A stretch of DNA of 64,000 bases from an uncultured Verrucomicrobiae bacterium. Lineage in GTDB: Bacteria > Verrucomicrobiota > Verrucomicrobiia > Limisphaerales > JAFGQR01. Below are positions 1 through 7,407 of the stretch, piece by piece; positions within the stretch are counted from its first letter, which is position 1; every line of letters starts with the position of its first letter. The stretch spans positions 32,001-96,000 of the forward strand of contig CAWBHS010000057.1 of assembly GCA_963788655.1 (NCBI GenBank). Direction: 5' to 3'. The notes under the pieces are model-generated. The model searched no databases and was not told where the DNA came from. It saw only the letters and a list, made by a program, of their open reading frames with translations. Both the position numbers and the translations under genes were made by a program.

Positions 1-1144
1 GTTCCACCACCACGTCCACCGTGCGCTCGCCTTCCGGAATCGTGACCGACAGGGGCAGTTCCTGGTAATCCTCACCGTTCACGGCGGTGCCACTCAAGCG
101 ATACCAGACAGTCATCGGGAAATCATTGCTGCCCGTCCGATAAATGGTGAACGCAGCCGTGTCCAGCCGCGTGCCGGAGGGATCCGGCTCCGTGGCTTCA
201 GGATCCGTGGCGCGCACTCGCACGATGGGTTGCGGCGGGGCTTCGAGGACTTTGATCTCGACCGGCTCCGAGGTGGCGGTGGCTCCGTGATTGTCAGTGG
301 CCACGGCGGTTAACTCGTACGCGCCGGGTTGCACATTGTCCCATACCAAGCGGAAGAGGTTGATGGGAATCGGAATTGGAATCGGAAGAGGATCGGGGAT
401 TGCAGATGAATTCGCTGCCAATTCCAAATCAGGATATACGTCGGGCGCCATCGTCACCAGATTGGCGGGATCAGTCACCGCAATCGGCTCGGGGCGAATG
501 ATCGGCGGGCGGTTGGTGACGATGCCCAGGCTGGTGCCATTCGCGAAGAACTCGACCGTTAACACCCGGCCATCCGGATCGTCCGCGCGGGCCACCAGCG
601 CGAGGTCCACCGGTGCGGTGAACACGGCGCCATCGGGCGGATTGGTGATCTTGACGACTGGCGGCTGGTTCGTCGGTTCCGCATCGTTGTCTTCGATATA
701 GGCCACGGCGATGCTGGGCCAACTCACGATGTAAGGCGGTGGCCAACTCGGTGGCTGATCCAACGCCGCCACTACCGTTTCGCCACCTTCGATTGAAAAG
801 TCATCGATGGGCGTTACGGTGATCGGCGCCAGATAAGCTCCTTCGGGAATGGTAACGGTGCCAGGGAGGGCTTCGTAGTCAGTTCCATTCTCCGCCGTGC
901 CACCCAAGACATAAGAAACCGTCAGTGGCACATTGGTCGGTCCAAGCCGCAACACGTAAAACGTGGCGGGATCCGATCCTTCCTCCGCAGCATCGGGATC
1001 AATGGCCAGGATGTGAACTACCGGTGGCCAGTCCGCGGGATCGCCGGGCGGATCATCCGCAGCCAGGAGTTTGGGAGAAATGCCGGCAAACGCCAGTAGC
1101 GCGAGCAGCAGGATAAAAGATTCAAACGGACGTTTCGCATTCAT
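1..1144 (-). CDS. Secreted Calx-beta / Ig-like domain repeat protein (runs off the window's left edge)
   Basis: Absent from the ORF track because there is no stop in the window. Manual translation from ATG 1144: MNAKRPFESFILLLALLAFAGISPKLLAADD (signal peptide); Calx-beta-like ATFYVLRLG..LTVSYVLGGTAENGTDY..GTVTIPEG..ITVTPIDD; Ig-like NQPPVVKITNP..ADDPDG..VEFFANG..YELTAVATDNHG; then a second Calx-beta-like unit. Confidence 0.85.
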   Translation of the reverse strand, partial: MNAKRPFESFILLLALLAFAGISPKLLAADDPPGDPADWPPVVHILAIDPDAAEEGSDPATFYVLRLGPTNVPLTVSYVLGGTAENGTDYEALPGTVTIPEGAYLAPITVTPIDDFSIEGGETVVAALDQPPSWPPPYIVSWPSIAVAYIEDNDAEPTNQPPVVKITNPPDGAVFTAPVDLALVARADDPDGRVLTVEFFANGTSLGIVTNRPPIIRPEPIAVTDPANLVTMAPDVYPDLELAANSSAIPDPLPIPIPIPINLFRLVWDNVQPGAYELTAVATDNHGATATSEPVEIKVLEAPPQPIVRVRATDPEATEPDPSGTRLDTAAFTIYRTGSNDFPMTVWYRLSGTAVNGEDYQELPLSVTIPEGERTVDVVVE

Positions 1145-1186
1145 AGACGAGTTGTGTTTCGGTTTTAACAGAGTTCATTTCCAATT

Positions 1187-1201
1187 GCTAGATACGTGCC
1201 A
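1187..1201 (-). promoter_or_regulatory. sigma54 (-24/-12) promoter of the Calx-beta gene
   Basis: Minus strand TGGCACGTATCTAGC matches TGGCAC-N5-TTGC with correct GG-N10-GC spacing, ~40 nt upstream of the ATG. An IHF-like ATCAAcggaTTA lies at ~1232-1243. Confidence 0.7.
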
Positions 1202-1276
1202 GTTTGTAGATTTGCTCGGACGCAGTTGATGATCAACGGATTAACTGCGGAGTTGATGAGAAGGGCGCGAGGAGTT

Positions 1277-1292
1277 TGGGTCATATTCCCCA
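1277..1292. promoter_or_regulatory. Putative enhancer-binding-protein site TGGG-N8-CCCA
   Basis: TGGGtcatattcCCCA upstream of the sigma54 promoter, with a weaker copy at 1310-1325. The same motif occurs at 7389-7404. Confidence 0.5.
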
Positions 1293-1332
1293 GCAAATGA
1301 GACTTTGGCAGGGGGGAGGCACCCAACTCAGA

Positions 1333-1363
1333 GGATGCCAGATGCCGGATACCGGATGCCGGA
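1333..1363. repeat. Heptamer tandem repeat (GGATGCC-like x4)
   Basis: ggatgcc agatgcc ggatacc ggatgcc gga. Confidence 0.6.
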
Positions 1364-1389
1364 AGGCAAATGAGTCATGCCCGAAGGAA

Positions 1390-1585
1390 TGGGGAGCACA
1401 GGCGCCTCGCCTGTCGGTCGGTGCGCCTCGCGCCGACCGCGAATGGAGAAAGGGGTTACGAATAAACACCAGCGCCCGTCAAATGTCGGCAATTGTAAAA
1501 CCACTGAATAGTAAATGGAACCGATGCGGTTGAACACTGGTTGGCGAGGCGCCAACCAAAACGCCCGAGGCGGGCGTGCTCCCCA
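1390..1585. repeat. REP doublet / MITE-like element
   Basis: 10-bp terminal inverted repeat TGGGGAGCAC...GTGCTCCCCA with internal GC hairpins (caggcgcctcgcctg; ggttggcgaggcgccaacc), just downstream of the 1589 stop. Confidence 0.65.
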
Positions 1586-1588
1586 ACG

Positions 1589-3871
1589 TCATTCCGCCTT
1601 GAGGGTCGCGCGGTAAAACTCCGTTTCCGGCTGATTGGTGCCGCTGACGGTTTCCACGTAATAAAGCACGCCGGACGGATCAAAGATTTCGAAGGGCGGA
1701 CCGACCGACCAGATTCTCGGCTCAACATCGCCCGCTCGATCCAAGGTAAACTGTTGGTCCGTTTTGCCGCCAAAAAGAAACAAGTTCTCGAACGTCGTCC
1801 CATTGGTTTCGGCCAGCCGGGAATAGGCCAGGATTTGCACCGGCGTCAGATCGGGAATGATTTGACTGCGGAGGATCACGCCCTCCACGCCTACGGTCGC
1901 CAGTTGTTTGGAGTCGGTAGCCACACCATACAGGGATTTGTTCTTGGTCAACGTGCCCCGGTTTTCCCAATCGTTGAGGTTGGTGCTAGTCAGAACGGTG
2001 CCGAACGTCCCCACGACGAACCACGTGTCGTCAACGAAAGTCACGTCATTCAGCCAATACGCCGTGCCGCTGTTTCGGGACGTCCAATCGCTGCCGTTCG
2101 TACTGGTGAGGAGGGTCCCGTTTTGTCCGACCGCCACCAAGATTCCATTCAAATAGCGGACACGATACAGCCAGTTGGTAGTGCCCGACGCGCGCAATGT
2201 CCAACGGGCACCGTCCGCGCTGGTAATGATCGCGCCATCATCGCCACTGGCCACCAAGCCGCCCGGCCATTCGGTCAGGCCCGAAAGAAACTTCGTGGTC
2301 GGCGTGGTCCGGACAGTCCAATTCGTACCATCGACACTGGTCAGGATGGTGCCGTATGCGCCGGAAACCACATACACGCTATTGCTGAGCGCGGCCACTC
2401 CCTGCAAATCAAACGTGGTCGGAACGCCTGGAACCGGATACCACAGCACTCCCAGGGAACTGACCGACTGGGTCACGGCACCGCCCGTCGCGTTCGTCAC
2501 CACAATGTTCGACAGGATGTTTGGGCTCGCAATCATGCTGCCGCCGTCGCCAACGGCCAGGAGCAGATTCGTCGTACCTCCGACACCCAGAAAGGTCGTA
2601 TTCGTGGCTTGCGTCGGCACCACTTCCAACGACCAACTCACTCCGTTGCCGCTGGTCATCACGGTGCCGAAGTCGCCAACCGTCACATAAAGGAACGAGG
2701 CGTAGGTCACATCCCAGAGCCAGTTGCGCACGGAATCGTATGGGGTCAGCCAAAAATAGGGTGTGCCGTTGGTCTGATAGCCTTCGGATTGCATGCCCGA
2801 CTGGCCGGCGATCAGGAAAAAGCCGGATTGCCCGATGCAACTGTAATAGGTCCAATCCGGTGGCCCATTCGTTTTGGCCAATTCATCGCCCCACACCGAA
2901 TCGTCCTTCAGCCGCACTTCGTGGTAACCGGCGACAATTTGGTCCGCGCCGCCGGCACAAGTGTTTTCCAGGCCGTTCGCGGCACCGGTGTTTTCGGGAT
3001 ACCACGTCACGCCGGCGTTGGTGCTGATCAAGGCAACGCCGGCGTCGCCCACCGCCACAAATCGGTTTGCGGCATAACGAACGCGATTCAAGTGATTGGT
3101 GACACCGCTGACTTGGGCCACCCAATTCGTACCGTTCGTACTGCGGAGAATGGTCCCCTCACGACCAACCGCGACAAACGCTCCACTGCCATACGATACT
3201 CCGCGCAACCATTCGGAAGTGCCGCTGTCCTGCCGTTTCCAGATGATGCCGTCCGGGCTGGTGTACAGCGCACCGAAGTCGCCAACCGCCACCACCAGCG
3301 AAGCGGACGCCATGGCCGCTTCCAGCCAATCGTCCGTGGGTCCATCCACCAAGGTGCCGAATTGGAAGTCGCTCACGTCATCGGCGTAAAGCACCCGGCC
3401 GCTCTCGCCGGTAATCACAATACGACTGCCAAAGAACGTCACCGCCCGCAACGAATCCGTGGTGTGGCTTTCACGCGGCAGCCACAGACTCAAATCGTCA
3501 CTGGTATAAATCTGGCCGCGTTCGGCGACTTGTACGCCGAGAAAGAGGCTCGATGAGTAGGCCATATCAACCACGTTGCCTCCGTGCGGCAGTGGATTCG
3601 ACCAATGCCAACGAAGCGGGTAAGTGACGGCCGACAGATTCGATCCCAAAAACAGCAGCAGGCTGAAGACCAAGCGCAACAACCGGCCGCATCCCCGCGA
3701 GGTTTTGGAGTGCGGCAGTCCTCTGCCGCTTTGCGCGCGCGGGCCAACCGTAGAAAGTGGCAGAGGACTGCCGCACTCCAAGACGCTGTCGCGCCTTATG
3801 AAGGCTCTACGTAAGGCTGCATCCGCAGCGCGCAATTGTTTTGGCGCGATGGTCGGTTGCCTAAAACACAT
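1589..3871 (-). CDS. Secreted WD40/YVTN/BNR-like beta-propeller repeat protein with terminal FYR-type domain
   Basis: About a dozen repeats of L.xV.Y....FVAVG..GTIL.S.DG..W; hydrophobic signal segment LLRLVFSLLLFLGSNLSA; ends EFYRATLKAE. Start uncertain because a REP lies in the first 60 codons. Confidence 0.85.
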   Translation of the reverse strand: MCFRQPTIAPKQLRAADAALRRAFIRRDSVLECGSPLPLSTVGPRAQSGRGLPHSKTSRGCGRLLRLVFSLLLFLGSNLSAVTYPLRWHWSNPLPHGGNVVDMAYSSSLFLGVQVAERGQIYTSDDLSLWLPRESHTTDSLRAVTFFGSRIVITGESGRVLYADDVSDFQFGTLVDGPTDDWLEAAMASASLVVAVGDFGALYTSPDGIIWKRQDSGTSEWLRGVSYGSGAFVAVGREGTILRSTNGTNWVAQVSGVTNHLNRVRYAANRFVAVGDAGVALISTNAGVTWYPENTGAANGLENTCAGGADQIVAGYHEVRLKDDSVWGDELAKTNGPPDWTYYSCIGQSGFFLIAGQSGMQSEGYQTNGTPYFWLTPYDSVRNWLWDVTYASFLYVTVGDFGTVMTSGNGVSWSLEVVPTQATNTTFLGVGGTTNLLLAVGDGGSMIASPNILSNIVVTNATGGAVTQSVSSLGVLWYPVPGVPTTFDLQGVAALSNSVYVVSGAYGTILTSVDGTNWTVRTTPTTKFLSGLTEWPGGLVASGDDGAIITSADGARWTLRASGTTNWLYRVRYLNGILVAVGQNGTLLTSTNGSDWTSRNSGTAYWLNDVTFVDDTWFVVGTFGTVLTSTNLNDWENRGTLTKNKSLYGVATDSKQLATVGVEGVILRSQIIPDLTPVQILAYSRLAETNGTTFENLFLFGGKTDQQFTLDRAGDVEPRIWSVGPPFEIFDPSGVLYYVETVSGTNQPETEFYRATLKAE
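3705..3781. repeat. REP inverted-repeat pair inside the 5' end of the propeller ORF
   Basis: 28-bp arms TTGGAGTGCGGCAGTCCTCTGCCGCTTT (3705-3732) and AAAGTGGCAGAGGACTGCCGCACTCCAA (3754-3781), 1 mismatch, 21-nt spacer. Confidence 0.85.
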
Positions 3872-3892
3872 GTTTTCGAGTCGGCTATCTGA

Positions 3893-5314
3893 TTATCTGA
3901 TTACGGAAACCGACGTTTCTTCTGCGGTTTCCGGGTGCTGGGTCACTGGCAAAGTTAGCACAAAAACGCATCCGTGCGGATGGCAATTCTTCAACGCCAA
4001 TTCGGCCCCGAGGTGATGGGCCAGTTGCTGGCTCAATGCCAAACCAATCCCGCAACCGCCTTCCTTGGTGGTTCGGCACGGTGCAAATGGCGTGAGGTCT
4101 TCGGGAAAGCCCGGGCCTTCATCCTTCACCTCGAACCGGAGCTGCTCGTCCGCACTCGTGATTGCCAAAGTGACCGTTCCACCGGCCGGGGTCGCTTGGA
4201 GGGCGTTCTGCACCAGATTGACGAGAATGAGAGCCACCAACTGCGCAGGCCGATTGGGAAGTTCATCGTCCACGTCGCTTTCCGTCATCAATCGAACCTG
4301 CGTTTCATCGGCCGCCGCCGCCACCCGTTGCCGGATCATTCCAATGAGTTCGCTGATGGAGATTTCGTAGTTGGTTCCCGTTTGTTCCTCGCGCAACACG
4401 CTGACCACCTGGCCGATCATGGCCTGCATGCGGCGCGTAGAAGTCACGGCTTGCTGCCAATCCGCCGCTTCCTCATCGCCCGGTCCGCTGCCGCGTGCTG
4501 TCATGTAGCTTTGCAAACCGGCGAGCGGATTCTTCAATCCGTGGATCAAATGGGCGGTCACAGATCCCAAGGCCGTGGTCTTGACCGCCAGGGCCAATTC
4601 CTGGTTCGCGCGCAGCAAATTCTCGCTGCGCTCGGCGAGCAGAAGCTGGGTTTGCCGCAAGCGGTGGAAGGCCCAGCCAATCGCGAGCACCAGCATCCCA
4701 CCGCCGGCCACGAACACCAACAACGCCTGCAATGCCAATTGCCGGTCCAGCCGGATGTATTCAGCGGCAATGCTTTGACCTTCGATCAGAAACTGCGCAA
4801 CACCGGCCAATTGCCGCACCTGCCGACTGTGCAACGGGACGTTCACTTCCAGCATGGGAAGAGTGCGTTCGCCAGTTTGGCGATCACCCTTCTCCGGATG
4901 GAACAGTGCGTCCGAGCGCATCTCACCCCGGAATCGGCTGACCGGCTGGAGTCGTTGCAGTTCGGGCAGATCGCCTCGGTCCAATCCGCCTTCCAATACG
5001 TAAGGCGGAAATGCCCCCACGAAACGGCCGGAGGCGTCAAACAGACGAATCCCCAGCACACCGGCCAGTTGCGAACTCTTCAGCACCACGCCCAATTGGC
5101 TGCCCACGTCACTGATCGGCCCGGCAATTCCCTGGGCCAGGTCATTCTCGTATTCCATCAATACGACCGCGTGCAGCACCTCCGCATCCCGTTGGGCCAT
5201 CTGCCGCCGGATGCCGCCGCGCACCTGCCAAGTCGTGAGTGCGATCGCGCCGCCAAGGATCAACAAGGTCAGCCCCATGACCAGCCTGGGCAACCGCTTC
5301 GAGCGGAGCATCAT
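3893..5314 (-). CDS. Membrane sensor histidine kinase (2 TM, HisKA + HATPase_c)
   Basis: H-box AHLIHGLKNPL, N-box NLVQNA, G1 DEGPGF, G2 TTKEGGCGIGL; two TM helices flank a periplasmic domain. Start could be 5314 (ATG), 5341 (GTG) or 5383. Confidence 0.92.
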   Translation of the reverse strand: MMLRSKRLPRLVMGLTLLILGGAIALTTWQVRGGIRRQMAQRDAEVLHAVVLMEYENDLAQGIAGPISDVGSQLGVVLKSSQLAGVLGIRLFDASGRFVGAFPPYVLEGGLDRGDLPELQRLQPVSRFRGEMRSDALFHPEKGDRQTGERTLPMLEVNVPLHSRQVRQLAGVAQFLIEGQSIAAEYIRLDRQLALQALLVFVAGGGMLVLAIGWAFHRLRQTQLLLAERSENLLRANQELALAVKTTALGSVTAHLIHGLKNPLAGLQSYMTARGSGPGDEEAADWQQAVTSTRRMQAMIGQVVSVLREEQTGTNYEISISELIGMIRQRVAAAADETQVRLMTESDVDDELPNRPAQLVALILVNLVQNALQATPAGGTVTLAITSADEQLRFEVKDEGPGFPEDLTPFAPCRTTKEGGCGIGLALSQQLAHHLGAELALKNCHPHGCVFVLTLPVTQHPETAEETSVSVIR

Positions 5315-5370
5315 TTGCCGGAGTTGGACGACTTTTTCCACGGATGGTCTCGTTGCGGTTTGGGGCGGTG

Positions 5371-6510
5371 CTAGAATTCCCAATCCATCCCGGCGTTGAA
5401 ACTGTTCACGGTGTACGATTCCAACTCCAGGTTGGACACCGTGCGTTCATACTCGTAGCCGGCCACCAGCCGAAGCGATTTAGCCAGGCGCCGTTCACAG
5501 CCGGCGGACAGGCCGATCTCGGTACGCTCGCGGTGCCGGAGGTCGGTGAGGCTGACGGTCTGCACGGGATACCGATAATAAGCAACGCGCACGCGCGCGC
5601 TCAGTTCCCAAACCTGGGTGCGGTAACGTAGTTCTTCGGAGCCGGAAAGACGGTCGTAATCGAAATACCTGCCGCCATTGTCGCGATTGACTTTCAAGCC
5701 CAGCTTGGTGGTGGTCCGCCAGTGGCGGGCTGCATCCCAGTAATGCCGCCAAGTCACGCGCCCCTCGTGCGCCAGAAACCGGCGGTGCGTTCCGGTCATC
5801 GTCGTCCCCTCGCTGTCCAACGCCGGGTCATTGTCGTACGCGCGCCATGCCGCTTGGTAGCTCAGGGTCAAGTAGGATTGGTGGCCATAGTCCAATCCCA
5901 GTTCCGCCCGCGGGCCGCCTTCCCAGTAATCATCCAGCGGCGCAACCAACAACTGCCGAGTCAACGGCGTACTCAAGGCCAGCCAAGTGGGACCCAGGAG
6001 ATTAAGCCGCAGTCCGGGACGCGCCGTCAGCGTGTGGCCGCGGACCAGCACGGCCTGGCGATTGGTTTCGCTGATCGAAACGTCGAGCACCTGGTTTTGA
6101 AAGATATACTCCGCCGCCAACGAAGCTTGACCGTGATCGTGAATCGGGAGCTTCAATTCGGCCGTCCCAAACACGAGGTCTTCGTTGTCCACCGAGGGCG
6201 CTGAAAAGTACTGCCGATGCTCGCCGGACACGAAGGCCTGGAACTGCGGACCGTCGGGATTCAGATTGAAGACCATCGCGTCGGCGCCCAGCTTGACAAA
6301 CGAACTGCCTTCTGGGTCGGTGTGGGCGAGGGTGGGGTTGTCCTTGTAACCGCCGGCAGCGTGCAAAACGATCAAGTGATCCCATTTAGGCAGCAAGGGC
6401 AGCACGTCATTGGTTTGCGCCAACGCGTTCAGTCCGGAGCATCCGAGAAGGGTAGCGGCCATCATTCGGTTCCATTTTACTGCGGGCCGCCCTAAGATGC
6501 CAAATCCCAT
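5371..6510 (-). CDS. Outer-membrane beta-barrel protein
   Basis: Signal peptide (..GLNALA/QTN), many alternating amphipathic Tyr/Arg/Gly-rich strands, C-terminal beta-signal ..NAGMDWEF. Alternative start at 6465. Confidence 0.8.
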   Translation of the reverse strand: MGFGILGRPAVKWNRMMAATLLGCSGLNALAQTNDVLPLLPKWDHLIVLHAAGGYKDNPTLAHTDPEGSSFVKLGADAMVFNLNPDGPQFQAFVSGEHRQYFSAPSVDNEDLVFGTAELKLPIHDHGQASLAAEYIFQNQVLDVSISETNRQAVLVRGHTLTARPGLRLNLLGPTWLALSTPLTRQLLVAPLDDYWEGGPRAELGLDYGHQSYLTLSYQAAWRAYDNDPALDSEGTTMTGTHRRFLAHEGRVTWRHYWDAARHWRTTTKLGLKVNRDNGGRYFDYDRLSGSEELRYRTQVWELSARVRVAYYRYPVQTVSLTDLRHRERTEIGLSAGCERRLAKSLRLVAGYEYERTVSNLELESYTVNSFNAGMDWEF

Positions 6511-6573
6511 GGGATCGGTAATTTGCTGGGCGACTATGGGGTCATTTTGGTCCTGGTTAGTCTCTCAAAATCG

Positions 6574-7152
6574 TCAACGCTCCCGTCCTTCCTGGTTGAG
6601 CTGGTCGCGAAGTTCCTTGATCTGATCGCGCGCCTGCTCTTTGGCATTGTCGAGCGCATTTTGACGGGCGTCCTTGAGCGTGCTGCGCAGAACTTCGTTG
6701 TAGTCTTCGGTCAGCTTCGGTCGTAATTCCCGTACGCGCTCTTCCATTTGTTCGCGACGCTCGATGGTTTTTTCCCACCATCGCTTGCGCAACTCCTCCA
6801 TCTTTTCCCGGACTTTGGCGCGTTCTTCATCCGTGGCGGCGAGCAGTTTCTTGCGTAAGGCTTCCTCCTGCTCCAAGTAGGCCCGGAGATATTTGTCAAA
6901 CCGATCCAGGCCCGCCTTCACCGCCGGCGACAATTCCTGCCGCTCGGGACGCACCGGCCGGACCAAATCGGTTCCGACTGCGGTTGGATCCAAGTCGGTC
7001 GATTTGACGGGCGTGACCACCCGACCCTCAACCGTGTTCTTGGTCGAGTCCACGGGTTGCGTGCTCGGCAAGTTGGTTTGCGCCCAGGCCCCCGAGCCTT
7101 TCCCGAGCAAACTCAACAATCCTAACACCAAAATGTATCGGCAAATTTTCAT
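6574..7152 (-). CDS. Secreted helical coiled-coil protein (Spy/CpxP/ZraP-like architecture)
   Basis: Signal peptide MKICRYILVLGLLSLLGKGSGAWA, Pro/Thr linker, then E/R/K-rich helical region. Confidence 0.75.
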   Translation of the reverse strand: MKICRYILVLGLLSLLGKGSGAWAQTNLPSTQPVDSTKNTVEGRVVTPVKSTDLDPTAVGTDLVRPVRPERQELSPAVKAGLDRFDKYLRAYLEQEEALRKKLLAATDEERAKVREKMEELRKRWWEKTIERREQMEERVRELRPKLTEDYNEVLRSTLKDARQNALDNAKEQARDQIKELRDQLNQEGRER

Positions 7153-7234
7153 AGCAAACCTGGCGCACATCACTGCGATTTGGAACGGCTACATCATTCT
7201 ATAATGCACCAAGCCCATTGCTTCAAATCTAAAG

Positions 7235-7249
7235 GCACGTGCTGTGCCA
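7235..7249 (-). promoter_or_regulatory. sigma54 (-24/-12) promoter of the 7152-1589 operon
   Basis: Minus strand TGGCACAGCACGTGC with correct GG-N10-GC spacing, ~80 nt upstream of ATG 7152. Confidence 0.65.
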
Positions 7250-7347
7250 CTTGCACGGCGGTTAAGGCAGGAACGGCATCTTTTTGCGCCTGATGCCCTT
7301 ACGGCTAGTAGCGCAGCATTGACCGGTCCAGTTCCACGCCTCGGGCC

Positions 7348-7405
7348 TGGGTGAATGTGCCAAATCCTTCGGCTGCGAGGTGCGGTTCTGGGGCTTATTT
7401 CCCAG
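7348..7405. promoter_or_regulatory. Paired putative enhancer sites TGGG-N8-CC(C/A)A
   Basis: CTGGGgcttatttCCCAG (7388-7405) and TGGGtgaatgtgCCAA (7348-7363), 100-140 nt upstream of the sigma54 promoter. Confidence 0.5.
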
Positions 7406-7407
7406 GA

